Assembly: GCA_963843575.1 (NCBI GenBank)
Contig: CAWJKZ010000018.1
Coordinates: 1-64,000, forward strand
Source: an uncultured Acidobacteriota bacterium
GTDB taxonomy: Bacteria; Acidobacteriota; UBA6911
Length of the DNA: 64,000 nt
Reading direction: 5' to 3'
Shown: in pieces, positions 11,922 to 22,357 of the stretch
Layout: each line of letters opens with the position of its first letter
How positions within the stretch are numbered: the first letter of the stretch is position 1
The notes under the pieces: model-generated
What the model was told of the DNA's origin: nothing
What the model saw: only the letters and a program-made list of their open reading frames with translations
Database searches by the model: none
Program-made: the position numbers and the translations under genes

Positions 11922-13140
11922 ATGAGCTCGGAAACACGAATAGCTAGGAAAGAAGTGCGGCATGTCCTGCGGGTTATGCCTATCCGTTGGTGCCGTGTAG
12001 CGGCTCTCCTCGGGACGATACCCGGCCTCCTCTACGCATTCTGGCCCGCGGCGGGGCTGGGCGGGCAATTTCGACATTCGCCGAATTTGCCGGTGATCCT
12101 GAAGGACGCGCCCCCGGTGCAGATGCCGGGTGTTGCGGTTCCCGAGCGGAAACTGCCTCACGAGTCGGACTGCAACAGCCCGGTCCATTGGGATGGCGAC
12201 ACTCTGTTTGTCTTCAATTCCTATTCCCACCCCTGGCGAAGCTCGGGCCCAGACATCTTTCACCTGGCCAATCACCTGTCAACTCGGCTTGGAAGCGTCA
12301 ACGACAACCTGTCGATCTGGATCGAATCGACGTGGAAAGACGAACGCACAGGTACTCTCTATGGAGCGTACCACTATGAGCCGGACGCCGTCTGTTTCTC
12401 CAACAAGCATCTGCCTACCATGCCGCGCATCGGCTGGTTGCGCTCGCGCGACAATGGTGCCGTATGGGAGGATCCTGGGTTCATCATTGAGGCGCCGCGC
12501 TGCGCGGTGCGCTGCGATACCGAGAGCCCGTGGGATGCAGGGGGCACCGGGGACTTCGTGTTCGTCCTCGACGAAACGGGAGAGTACTTCTACTTCTACG
12601 GCACCAGCTACGATTCGCGTCCCGAGGAACAGGGAGTCTGGGCGGCCCGCATGAAGTTCTCGGATCGTGACAATCCCTCGGGTAAAGTAACCAAGTGGCA
12701 CAACGGCAGGTGGGAAGAACCCGGCCTCGGGGGGCACCTGACTCCGGTCTTCCCGGCCGAGGTCGATTACCACCGCAAGGATGGCGCAATGTTCTGGGGC
12801 CCTGCCATCCATTGGAACACCTATCTGCGCAAGTATGTCATGGTGCTCAATCATGCAGTCGACACGCGCCTGAATGCCGATGGCATTTATCATCAGCTAC
12901 AACTCGAGACTCGATGATCCGGAGGGGTGGAGCAAACCGCTGATGATATTGGATCGTGCTGCGATTCAGCGTGCTATGAGAGGCGCTAATCTGTCGCAAA
13001 CGAAGATGGAGAACGGTTGGTATCCCCAGGTTATCGGGACCGCCAGAGGCGAAACGGATAAGCGGGTCGGGAGGAGAGGGCGGTTCTTCATGGCTGGATA
13101 TTCCACGCTGGAAATAGAGTTCTCCCGGCCAGGCGAGTAG
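11922..13140 (+). CDS. Secreted beta-propeller glycoside-hydrolase-like protein; frameshift at ~12890
   Basis: DCNSP, WIES, YHYEP, Asp-box-like RSRDNGAVW, GGTGDF, FWGPAIHWN. The C-terminus continues in ORF 12874-13140. Confidence 0.6.
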
Positions 13141-13195
13141 GCGGAGGTGCGCCCCCCGTGAAGGAGCAAACCCTGTCGATCAGCCAGGAGCGACC

Positions 13196-15781
13196 ATGAA
13201 CCGTCGACCTTCCCTGCAGGACCCTGCAATAGAAAGCCACCCGTCCCGCCGTGAATTTCTGGAACAGGCGCTGAGCATCAGCACCGTCTTGCCCACTGGA
13301 GCGGCGTTTGCGGCTCCTGAGAAACTCGGAGCAAGCCCGGCATTGCAGTCTGAAGACGCTCCCGTGATTCGCGTGGAGGCACCGGCCGGCCCGCCCCCGC
13401 TGGGTGCGCCGGTCGAAACAAGCGTTCCGTTCAAGCGAGGACAACTCCGGCACCCGGAATCTCTGGTAGTTCTTTCTCCGGATCGCAAACCGGTAGTCAC
13501 GCAGACTCGAATTGCAGCAGCCTGGGCGGACGGAAGCGTGCGCTGGTTGTCCGTAGTTTTCGAACCATCATCGGGTCCCGGCGAGTATGTCCTGAAAGAA
13601 GGGAGCCGCCCCAACGAGCCCGACTTGCTGCAGCAAACGGAGGCGACGGTGCGAGCCGATTCCGGCTCGACGGCTCTCACGTTTCGCCGTGCCGAACACG
13701 GGTGGCAACTCGACGGCATAGATGCGAAAGACGGAGACGGACGGCTCCAGCCGGTTCTGCGGCCGGGATGTTGCGATCTCGTGCTCCGAAGGCACGACGG
13801 TTCCTTGTTCCGTGCCGCGTGGGGTAGCAACAACGAATTCAACGTGGACGAGAACGGCCCCATGAAGGCTTCGGTGCGTCTGCAGGGGAGGCTGCGGAAT
13901 GCCACCGGGGACGAGTTCTTTAACTACATCTTACGCTGGAGTATCTACCGTGCCAGGCCGGAAATACATTTCGCCGTCACATGGATTAACACCACCGAGT
14001 CGGCCTCGGAAAGAATTCGTGATATTCGCGTCTCCTTCCCCATTGCTTTTTCGCCGGAAAGGACCGTGTTTGGCTGCGAGCACGGTATCTATGACGGGCC
14101 TTTCCTGAGAGGATGGCCGGTATTTATCCTCCAGGAAGATCGCGATCGTTATTGGGCCAAGACTCTGAATCCGGACGGGCGCGTTCAGCATCTGTCGAGC
14201 GGCGGATGCAATGGGGAGCGGGCCCCTGGATGGATATACGTCCGGAATTCGGACCGATGCCTGGGCGCCTTCGTCCCCGACTTCTACGAGGGATACCCGA
14301 ACGAACTTCACCTCGGTGACGAGGAACTGAGCGTTGGGCTTTGGCCGGAAAGGGCGGGAGAGCGGCTTGCCGCCGGTGCGGTGCTCCCCGCGAATCCCTT
14401 TGGCGGCCGGCCCTATTCCTATTCGAAATACTGGCCCGTGATACCTCATCCCTATGTCGCCTTCCTGGATCCGGAGAAGAAGTGCCTCGATGCGCGGCAG
14501 GGAATGGCCAAGACACAGGACGTCGTACTCAGCGTCTGGGCTGGTGCCGAGGGAGACGCGAATTTCGAGCAGAAATGGTGGCGGAAATCGCTCCAGCCCG
14601 TGCGCGGGCATGTGGACCCGTCGCATGCCGCGTCATCGGGGGCTCTTGGAATACTCTCTCCCAGACTTCCGAAAGTTTTTCCACGGGCGGAAGAGTTGTT
14701 CGACGAAAACTTTCAGTGGCTGGACCATCACATCGACTTGCTCAAATGCTACGGCAAATTCGACTATGGAGACTTCAGGTATATGACCCCCGGCACCGAC
14801 TACATGTGCCACCCCGGAACGAAGTGGGGAAACATGGGAGAGATGCCGCGCGAGGGTTTCTGGCACAACAACGAACGTGATGTGCTGCTCGGACTGTTGC
14901 TTTACTATTACCGGACCGGAAATCCGAGGGCGTGGGACCGCTGCCGCATTGTGGCACGCCACCTTTTTGACATCGACATCTGTCATTATCCAAACTGGGG
15001 GATGTGGACCCACAGTTACGGCCACTGCTACCTGGCGCAGGGCCGTTGCGGGGAACCCGATCACTCCTGGCTGCTCGGCATGCTGATATGGGCGCAGCTG
15101 ACCGGGGATCCGGTCGCCTCCGATTGGATCTTTCGCTGCGGAAACGCGCTGCGGAATTTCACGCGAGACTATTCGACCGCCGATGCGCGTACGGTCTCCG
15201 TGTATCTGCACATGATGTGCCAGTTCCATCATGCCACAAACCGGCCCGAATATCTCGAAGCCAGCCATCTGCCTGCGCAGACCCTTCTCAAGTTCCAGAA
15301 ACCGAACGGAGGCTGGCCCGCCTATCTGGGGAACCCGCAGCACACGATCGAGGGTTTCGTAGAGCACATTACAATGGCGCTGGCAGACTACTATGCGATA
15401 ACGCGCGACGAGGAGATCCTGAGGGCGCTCGACCGCGCATTGGAGTACCTGTTCGGGCGCGATGGTGAGAAGGATCCGGATTCGGGAGAATCCTCGCTCG
15501 CGGTGTACTCCCTCGCAGTGTTGGGCGAAGTGACGGGCAACTCCAGGTATATCCGCCTCGGCACCGTCATACTCGAAAAACTGCGTGCGCAACTCGCTGT
15601 GGGCGCAGGCCCCGTTGGTCGCGGCGACCCCTGGACGCAGTGGGGCATCAATAATCCCGCGGGCGCCCCGGGTGACCGCCCGCGTCAATTGCTGGGGCAA
15701 ACCCGGCCGCTCGCACCCGCGAGCAATCTGGCGTATGCCCAGCCCCTCCTTGGCGCCGCCGCGAAAAAGGACAGGGGATAG
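13196..15781 (+). CDS. Tat-exported exo-rhamnogalacturonan lyase (PL26/YetA)-like protein
   Basis: SRREFL Tat motif; N-terminal SVPFKRG...WADGSVRWL (RIFT-barrel-like); YGKFDYGDF and WHNNE motifs; helical C-domain. Confidence 0.65.
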   Translation: MNRRPSLQDPAIESHPSRREFLEQALSISTVLPTGAAFAAPEKLGASPALQSEDAPVIRVEAPAGPPPLGAPVETSVPFKRGQLRHPESLVVLSPDRKPVVTQTRIAAAWADGSVRWLSVVFEPSSGPGEYVLKEGSRPNEPDLLQQTEATVRADSGSTALTFRRAEHGWQLDGIDAKDGDGRLQPVLRPGCCDLVLRRHDGSLFRAAWGSNNEFNVDENGPMKASVRLQGRLRNATGDEFFNYILRWSIYRARPEIHFAVTWINTTESASERIRDIRVSFPIAFSPERTVFGCEHGIYDGPFLRGWPVFILQEDRDRYWAKTLNPDGRVQHLSSGGCNGERAPGWIYVRNSDRCLGAFVPDFYEGYPNELHLGDEELSVGLWPERAGERLAAGAVLPANPFGGRPYSYSKYWPVIPHPYVAFLDPEKKCLDARQGMAKTQDVVLSVWAGAEGDANFEQKWWRKSLQPVRGHVDPSHAASSGALGILSPRLPKVFPRAEELFDENFQWLDHHIDLLKCYGKFDYGDFRYMTPGTDYMCHPGTKWGNMGEMPREGFWHNNERDVLLGLLLYYYRTGNPRAWDRCRIVARHLFDIDICHYPNWGMWTHSYGHCYLAQGRCGEPDHSWLLGMLIWAQLTGDPVASDWIFRCGNALRNFTRDYSTADARTVSVYLHMMCQFHHATNRPEYLEASHLPAQTLLKFQKPNGGWPAYLGNPQHTIEGFVEHITMALADYYAITRDEEILRALDRALEYLFGRDGEKDPDSGESSLAVYSLAVLGEVTGNSRYIRLGTVILEKLRAQLAVGAGPVGRGDPWTQWGINNPAGAPGDRPRQLLGQTRPLAPASNLAYAQPLLGAAAKKDRG

Positions 15782-15903
15782 CGCTGAGACCTGCCCCGAT
15801 CACGGCGAGCGGTCAGGGAGGCGTTTCCGTGACGCTGGAACTCGAACCCTGCGGCGACCGTCCCGGCGCACTAGCCAGTACGCCGCCATAGTGAAGCGAC
15901 CAC

Positions 15904-16953
15904 TCAACCAGGCAGCACCGGGCGCGTGGTTCCCCTTTTGATCAGGGTCACCGGGATTACTACCTCCGGAATATGCTTGCCCGGCTGTTGCAGCTTCTCG
16001 ATGGCCATGCGGGCCAGTTGCCGGCCGACCTGGGCCTTGTCCACCCTCACTGTGGTCAGCGGAGGCGACTTGTACTGGGCCTCGTCGTTGTCGCCGTAGC
16101 CGATCAGGCTCACGTCTCGCGGCACTTCGAGTCCGCGCTTGCGCAAGGCGTCCCAGACGCCGAAAGCGATCTCGTCGTAGGCAGCGAAGATCGCGGTGAC
16201 GGGGAGCTTCTTCTCGAGAACGACCTCCGTGCAAGCATAGCCGTTCGCATAGTAATTGTCCGAGAGAGCCACCGTCTGGCCCAGCGGTTCCAGTCCCGCC
16301 TCCAGCATCGCCTGCCGATATGCTTCGTAGCGCGTCCGGTACCAGGGCAGGGTAGTGTCTCCGATATACCAGACGTTCCGATGTCCCAGAGAAATCAGGT
16401 ATTTTGTCGCTTCGTACGGTCCGGTCGTGTCGTCCCAGCCAGCCCGGTCCAGCGGTGGCAACGTCTTTTCGGTTACGTGGTGGTTCGAGAGCACTATATG
16501 AGGCATGCCGAGTTTCTCGACCGCCTCTACGAAGTTGTCGTAATTCGTGCCCGCCAGGATCAGGCAGTCCGCGATGCCGTGGCTGCGCAGGACACCGGGC
16601 AGACTTAGATCCGAGGTCCTCGTGTCGCCGGAATAATCGTACCGGGCGAAGAGGACGAAGTATCCGGCGTTCGAGCAGTATTCCTCTACACCCTGCAGTA
16701 TTCCCGAGTGGAATGGATTGAGCAGATCGCGGTTGCTCAAGATAAAGCAGAGCACCGGTGTCGAATTCTGCACGAACACCCTTGCGCGCGCGTTCGGACG
16801 GTAGCGAAGTTCACGGACGGCCTCCTCCACACGCTCGCGGAGGGCTGGGTCAACGTCGGGGAAGTTGTTGATTACGCGCGAGACGGTGCCGAGCGAGACC
16901 TTCGCCCGTCGCGCCACATCCTTGATTGTGGCCGGCCTGGAACCTACCGGCAT
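15904..16953 (-). CDS. LacI-family transcriptional regulator
   Basis: ATIKDVARRAKVSLGTVSRVIN HTH, YRPN hinge, VPRDVSLIGYGD, PPLTTV. Confidence 0.95.
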   Translation of the reverse strand: MPVGSRPATIKDVARRAKVSLGTVSRVINNFPDVDPALRERVEEAVRELRYRPNARARVFVQNSTPVLCFILSNRDLLNPFHSGILQGVEEYCSNAGYFVLFARYDYSGDTRTSDLSLPGVLRSHGIADCLILAGTNYDNFVEAVEKLGMPHIVLSNHHVTEKTLPPLDRAGWDDTTGPYEATKYLISLGHRNVWYIGDTTLPWYRTRYEAYRQAMLEAGLEPLGQTVALSDNYYANGYACTEVVLEKKLPVTAIFAAYDEIAFGVWDALRKRGLEVPRDVSLIGYGDNDEAQYKSPPLTTVRVDKAQVGRQLARMAIEKLQQPGKHIPEVVIPVTLIKRGTTRPVLPG

Positions 16954-16970
16954 GGCTGAGCCCTATTGTG

Positions 16971-17110
16971 GTGAAACATTACATGGAGAATCTAGGCCTA
17001 TTTAGGTTCGGATGTCAACAGCGCCGCAAGCATATGCCCTGTCTTTGACCTATTGACTCCGTTGCGGCCCGCCTGTTATTCTGCGCCTCACGATCGGTGA
17101 AACATTTCAT
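16971..17110. promoter_or_regulatory. Divergent promoter region with two LacI operators
   Basis: GTGAAACATTACAT at 16971-16984 and GTGAAACATTTCAT at 17097-17110. TTGACT 17053-17058 and TATTCT 17077-17082 on +; TTGACA on - at 17013-17018. Confidence 0.7.
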
Positions 17111-18038
17111 GAGCCAAGCCGCCCAGTCTCCGCACGTCGATGTCGTTGCTGACATGTCCGACCTTTGTGGCGAATGCCCCGTCTGGGACCCCGTCCGCAG
17201 CTCCCTCTACTGGACCGATTGTGTTGGCCTGAGATTCCAGCGCTTCGACTGGACCACCGGGTGCCACGAGATCGTCAGATCCGGCATCGAAATCTATGGA
17301 TTCCGGCGTAACCGTGCCGGCGGGTTTGTACTCACCAATCTGCAAGGCGTCTGGCTCTGGGACGGTGTAGGTGATCCCGTGGCCGTGGCGCATGAGGTTG
17401 AAGGTTCCCGATTGCAGGTGAACGATTGCACAGCGGATACTGCGGGCCGGCTCCTTACCGCTTCCTTCTTCTACGACCCGGGTGCGAAGTACGACCTTGG
17501 AAGGCTTATCCGCATCGATCCGAGTGGTTCCCTAGCTGTCCTGGACGAGGGATTTCACCTCGCAAACGGGCTGGGATTCGCCCCGGACGAACGGACGCTT
17601 TACGCGACGGATACCGTTGCGCGCCGGATTTATGCCTACGACTACGAACCCCGGACTGGCACAGTCCGCAACAGGAGGGTGTTTGTTCAGGTCACGGATC
17701 GGGAAGGTATCCCGGATGGCCTCACCGTGGACGCTGAAGGGTTTGTCTGGTCCGCCCAGTGGTACGGCAGCTGCATAGTCCGCTATGATCCGGAAGGCAG
17801 GGAGGAGCGCCGAATCTGCATTCCAGCCAAACAGACCTCCTCTCTGGCCTTCGGTGGCCCGGATCGTAACGAGATATTCGTTACCTCCGCTGCAAAATCG
17901 GAGGTCCTGCCGGTCATGCCCGCAGGTTACGACCCGAACTCAGGTACATTCGGCGGCCCGCTATTCCGCATCCACACGGATATCCAGGGACAGGAGCAGT
18001 CGGTCGCGGATATTCGACTTCCTATGAGCTTGCGATGA
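17109..18038 (+). CDS. SMP-30/gluconolactonase-family sugar lactonase
   Basis: GECPVWD, VND, ANGLGFAPD, PDGLTVDAEG, LAFGG motifs. Confidence 0.92.
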   Translation: MSQAAQSPHVDVVADMSDLCGECPVWDPVRSSLYWTDCVGLRFQRFDWTTGCHEIVRSGIEIYGFRRNRAGGFVLTNLQGVWLWDGVGDPVAVAHEVEGSRLQVNDCTADTAGRLLTASFFYDPGAKYDLGRLIRIDPSGSLAVLDEGFHLANGLGFAPDERTLYATDTVARRIYAYDYEPRTGTVRNRRVFVQVTDREGIPDGLTVDAEGFVWSAQWYGSCIVRYDPEGREERRICIPAKQTSSLAFGGPDRNEIFVTSAAKSEVLPVMPAGYDPNSGTFGGPLFRIHTDIQGQEQSVADIRLPMSLR

Positions 18039-19171
18039 TCACAGGCGCATTCCTTCGCGAAGTGGCGTCCAGAGCGGCAGACCGGCTCCTCCCTCATCCT
18101 TGGAAGATGTGGTTCTGGGGCGACTCCATCGGGCTTGAGGGTCTGCTCGATGTGTCCGAGCTGACCGGCGACCCGAAGTATTTCGCCTATGTCTATGCCC
18201 TGATGAAGGGATGGATTGCGCGCGAGCACTGCCGCAGCGAGTTCGACTACACCGCTCCCGGAGTCGCGCTGCTGCGCGTTTTCCGGCGCACGGCTGACCC
18301 GGCGCTTCTCGATGCTGCACTGAGGCACGCCGGCTACCTTGCCGGCTTCCGCAAAACAAAGTGCGGCGCGTACGTCCGCTATGAAAACGCCGATATTGAG
18401 CGTCCCCCTGAGATCCCCGGAGCACCTCGCGATTCAGCACCAGTATCCGCCTCCGAAACTACCGATGGGGGACCCTGTGTCTTCGTTGATTCCGTGCACT
18501 TCGACGGCCCCTTCTTCGCTGCCCTGCACTCGCTGACACGGGATCGAAGCTACCGCGACCTCGCGGTGGCCAACATCCTGCCTCAGCTGGAGCTTCTCTA
18601 CGAACCGTCGGAACGACTTTTCCATCATTTCTGGATCGAGAGGACGGGCAGACCGAACGGGATTCTATGGGCGCGCGGCAACGGATGGGCGTTGCTGGGC
18701 ATCGCGCTGGTGCTCGAGGAATTAGGCTGCGTCGAGTCCGAAAATCAGAGGCTGTGCCAGGTACTCCGGGACGGCATCGTCCGTCTGGCCGGGTTGCAGG
18801 ATCCTTGCGGCGCATGGCACACGATTCTCACTGATGCCAGCTCCTACGTAGAATCGTCGACTGCGGCGTTCTACGTAGATATCATATGTCGTGCGATCCG
18901 GCTTGGATTGGCGACGGCCGAGGAATACGCAGGTGTCATCGAGCTGGCGATGCAATATCTTCTTCGGCGCGTGGCCGCGGATGGCGCACTCGAGGGTGTC
19001 TCGTATGAGACATTTCCCAGCACGCGCGCCGAGCACTACCGCTCGATGCCTTGTGGCGCCGTCGTTCCGTGGGGGCAGGGCCCGCTGCTCGCGGCACTTC
19101 GCTCTTACGCCGGCCTGTACCTTCCCACAGAATTCGGATCAAGATTGGGTGAACCCATAAATGCGGCTTGA
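18035..19171 (+). CDS. GH88/GH105 unsaturated glycuronyl hydrolase-like
   Basis: FVDSVHF, LFHH, WARGNGW, LQDPCGAWH, ESSTAA, WGQG motifs. Confidence 0.85.
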   Translation: MITGAFLREVASRAADRLLPHPWKMWFWGDSIGLEGLLDVSELTGDPKYFAYVYALMKGWIAREHCRSEFDYTAPGVALLRVFRRTADPALLDAALRHAGYLAGFRKTKCGAYVRYENADIERPPEIPGAPRDSAPVSASETTDGGPCVFVDSVHFDGPFFAALHSLTRDRSYRDLAVANILPQLELLYEPSERLFHHFWIERTGRPNGILWARGNGWALLGIALVLEELGCVESENQRLCQVLRDGIVRLAGLQDPCGAWHTILTDASSYVESSTAAFYVDIICRAIRLGLATAEEYAGVIELAMQYLLRRVAADGALEGVSYETFPSTRAEHYRSMPCGAVVPWGQGPLLAALRSYAGLYLPTEFGSRLGEPINAA

Positions 19172-19922
19172 GAAGAGAGTTGCCGTGGTGACCGGCGCAG
19201 CCAAGGGTATCGGCGCCGGAATCGTAGAGCGGTTCGTGGATGCCGGCGCGGCAGTCGCTGCCTTTGATATCGATGGCCCCGCGCTGAGCACTCTGGTCGA
19301 CGGTATGTGTTCAAGGGGACGGCTCGTCGCGCTGGTAGGGGACGTCACGATCGAGCAGGACGTCATATCCGCGGTTGCCAAGACGGTCGAGACCTACGGG
19401 CGGTTGGATATCGTAGTCAACAATGCGGGAATCGAGCTTGCAGGCGCGATCCCGGACTATACCTCGGACCAGTGGGACCGCCAGCTCGGGGTAAATCTCA
19501 AAGGAGCCTTTCTCTTTGCCAAGCACACGATTCCCCACCTGCGCCTTCGCCGTGGGGTAATCCTGAACGTTTCTTCCGTGCACGCATTCGTGTCTTATCC
19601 GGGGAACGCGGCATACGACGCATCCAAGGCGGGGCTCATCGCACTGACCCGCACACTCGCGCTCGAGCACGGTCGGGATGGCATCCGGGTGAACGCCATC
19701 TGCCCCGGGTACATCGACACGCCGATGACTGAGGCATGGCTGGCGACGGTTCCGGACCGCGACGCGGCCATGCGCCAGGTGTTGGCCGTCCACCCGCTTG
19801 GACGCATCGGCACGCCCGGTGACATCGCCGAAGCCGCTCTGTTCCTTGCTTCGGACGCGGCATCGTTCATATCCGGTACTTACCTCGTGGTCGATGGAGC
19901 TCTGACGGCAGGGGGACAGTAG
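19161..19922 (+). CDS. SDR oxidoreductase
   Basis: TGAAKGIG, NNAG, YDASK, NAICPG. Confidence 0.95.
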   Translation: MRLEKRVAVVTGAAKGIGAGIVERFVDAGAAVAAFDIDGPALSTLVDGMCSRGRLVALVGDVTIEQDVISAVAKTVETYGRLDIVVNNAGIELAGAIPDYTSDQWDRQLGVNLKGAFLFAKHTIPHLRLRRGVILNVSSVHAFVSYPGNAAYDASKAGLIALTRTLALEHGRDGIRVNAICPGYIDTPMTEAWLATVPDRDAAMRQVLAVHPLGRIGTPGDIAEAALFLASDAASFISGTYLVVDGALTAGGQ

Positions 19923-20040
19923 ATCCCTCCGCAGCTCAGCACGCGTTAGGGCCGGCAGGACCATGGCCCCGGGATTGGCGCTGTGATCTCAACCGAGTGA
20001 ACCTGCAGCACTCTCCGCTGCAGGTTGTGCACCTTCTTCG

Positions 20041-21228
20041 ATGGAGCAGCTCATGAAGATCGCCAAGATTGAGTGTCTCGAGCTCCGCGCTCCTCAGGCC
20101 AGCCCCGGCGACTGCGATGGTGCCGTGGATACGGCCGTCATCCGCATTACCGCCGACAACGGAGTTTCCGGACTCGGTGAGACGGATGCCCCACCTAACG
20201 CCATCGCCGCCTTACTGGATGCCCCAACGGCCCACATCTGGAGTCAGAGCATCCGCGACCTGCTCCTGGGCGAGAATCCCCTCGACGTCGAACGGCTCTG
20301 GGACAAGGTGTATGAGGGGACGATCTATCACGGACGGCGTGGGCTGGGTGTCATGCTGATGTCGGCGATCGATACCGCTATGCACGACCTGAGGGGGAAA
20401 CTGTCAGTCCAGCCGGTGTACCGGCTCCTCGGAGGCGCGGCGCGTCCGGACATCATTCCTTACGTGACCCTCTTCCCGAGCATGCCCCTGGGACGCTCGT
20501 GGCCGGAAATGAGACGATGCTCCATCGCCTTGATGGAACGGGCCGTCGAGGCGGGTTTCAGGGCAATGAAGATGGAGATGCTTTTCTATGACCTGGTCGA
20601 TGACCGCGAACTGATCGGTTTCATCCACGAGTGCCGAAAGACAGCGGGCGACGGGCGGGACCTCATGATCGATGTGGGATACCGATGGAAGAACTTCAAC
20701 GATGCGCTCTGGGTCATGAAGCGCATCGAAGACGACAAGCTGTTTTTCGTCGAGACGCCGCTCCACACGGACGACCTCGACGGGCTCGCCAGGCTTGCCG
20801 ACGCCACCACCACCCCCGTAGCCGCGGGCGAGTTCCTGCAGACTCGGCACGAGTTCCGTGAACTGATGGACCGGGGGAGGGCGGACGTGATCCAACCCGA
20901 CCTGGGGAGAGTGGGCGGTTTGACCGAGGCCATGAGGTGTGCCCGGATGGCACACGAACGAGGCGTTTATTGCGTACCTCACGCGTGGAAGACCGGGCTC
21001 ACCGTGGCTGCTACCCGCCATTTCGGGGCTGCAGCGCCAAATTGTCCTTACACCGAGTTCTTCGCGCGGGAGTTTTTCCCGTCGTACCTGCGATCGAATC
21101 TCGCCGGGCCTGAGCCGGAACTCAACGACGGCCGCTGGGAACTGCCCGACGAGCCGGGGCTGGGCGTTCATATGGACGAAGAGGTGGTCGCACGCTGCCT
21201 GGCTCGCCCGATTACGGTTATACAGTGA
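20041..21228 (+). CDS. Mandelate racemase/muconate-lactonising (enolase) family, probable sugar-acid dehydratase
   Basis: GLGE, KME, LMIDVG, VETP, AAGE, IQPD, PH, PGLG. Start could be 20053. Confidence 0.9.
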   Translation: MEQLMKIAKIECLELRAPQASPGDCDGAVDTAVIRITADNGVSGLGETDAPPNAIAALLDAPTAHIWSQSIRDLLLGENPLDVERLWDKVYEGTIYHGRRGLGVMLMSAIDTAMHDLRGKLSVQPVYRLLGGAARPDIIPYVTLFPSMPLGRSWPEMRRCSIALMERAVEAGFRAMKMEMLFYDLVDDRELIGFIHECRKTAGDGRDLMIDVGYRWKNFNDALWVMKRIEDDKLFFVETPLHTDDLDGLARLADATTTPVAAGEFLQTRHEFRELMDRGRADVIQPDLGRVGGLTEAMRCARMAHERGVYCVPHAWKTGLTVAATRHFGAAAPNCPYTEFFAREFFPSYLRSNLAGPEPELNDGRWELPDEPGLGVHMDEEVVARCLARPITVIQ

Positions 21229-21235
21229 GACCAGT

Positions 21236-22315
21236 ATGAGTCACGATGGCTGCTTCTGCCGCGAGCACCTTATTGCCGGCATGCGTGCGGTCACGATCTC
21301 CAATCGTTTTCTCTCCGCCACTATTCTTCCCGAGAAGGGTTGCGACCTCTACTCTCTCGAGTACAGGCCGCGCGGCATCGATCTCCTCTGGAAGTCGCCG
21401 TGGCCAACGCGCAAGCCGGGAAGCTCGATCGGGACCGCAGCCTCGTCGGAGGCGGCATGGCTGGAACATTACGAAGGCGGCTGGCAGATCCTGTTCCCCA
21501 ATGGCGGGGATGCCTGCAGCTACAAAGGTGCGGAACTGAATTTTCACGGCGAAGCGTCGGTTTCCCCCTGGGATTACACCATAGCGCGACGAAGCAGCAC
21601 CGGCGTCGTAGTCGAGTTCTCGACCGAACTGGTGCGTAGCCCTTTCCGTCTGCGTCGCACCGTGACGGTCGAAAGGTCGCTCCCAGCTCTGGTCATCGAG
21701 GAGCAGATCGAGAACCGCGCTGAAGAGGACATGCAGTTCATGTGGGGACACCACCCGGCGTTCGGCGCTCCCTTCATTGACACGGGATGCCGGCTGCAGG
21801 TCCCTGCCCGTTCATTTCTGGCTCACGACGCGGAGGTATCTCCTTCCTGCCGCGTTCCAGCGGGTGCCCGCGGGGAGTGGCCGGTACTGGAAGGCAAGGG
21901 TGGGCGCCGGATCGATCTGAGCGTTGTCCCGCCTGCCGGCGAAAGGGTGACCGAGTTCGGCTATTTATGCGACCTCGACGGCGGCTGGTACGCGCTTTCG
22001 AACGCCTCGGCCGGTGTAGGTTTCGGGCTTGCCTGGCCCCGCGATGTCTTCCCATACCTCTGGTTCTGGCAGGAATTGCGCGGCAGCTTCGGGTACCCCT
22101 GGTATGGTCGATGCTACGTCATGGCTGTCGAACCCTTCACTAGCATCCCAGGAGCTGGTCTCGCCCGCGCGATCGGCAGCGGAACCGCCCCCGTGCTGAA
22201 AGCCGGTGCCCGCGTGCAGGCTCGACTTGCGGCGGTGCTCTTCGAGCCCGCAGAAGTGGAGTCCATCGAACTCGACGGCAGTGTGCGGCTGCGGTCGAGC
22301 TCTATGCGCACCTGA
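21236..22315 (+). CDS. Aldose-1-epimerase-like (DUF4432) protein
   Basis: GGW, FHGEA, MWGHHPAFG, LWFWQE, AVEP motifs. Confidence 0.8.
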   Translation: MSHDGCFCREHLIAGMRAVTISNRFLSATILPEKGCDLYSLEYRPRGIDLLWKSPWPTRKPGSSIGTAASSEAAWLEHYEGGWQILFPNGGDACSYKGAELNFHGEASVSPWDYTIARRSSTGVVVEFSTELVRSPFRLRRTVTVERSLPALVIEEQIENRAEEDMQFMWGHHPAFGAPFIDTGCRLQVPARSFLAHDAEVSPSCRVPAGARGEWPVLEGKGGRRIDLSVVPPAGERVTEFGYLCDLDGGWYALSNASAGVGFGLAWPRDVFPYLWFWQELRGSFGYPWYGRCYVMAVEPFTSIPGAGLARAIGSGTAPVLKAGARVQARLAAVLFEPAEVESIELDGSVRLRSSSMRT

Positions 22316-22357
22316 CTCTCGGCTCCGTAGACTCTTAGACTTGCCAGGGAAACAGAT

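Noticed and set aside
20000-20026. Hairpin AACCTGCAGC-N7-GCTGCAGGTT as terminator
   Set aside because: No U-tract and inside an apparent operon; at most an mRNA-stabilising stem.
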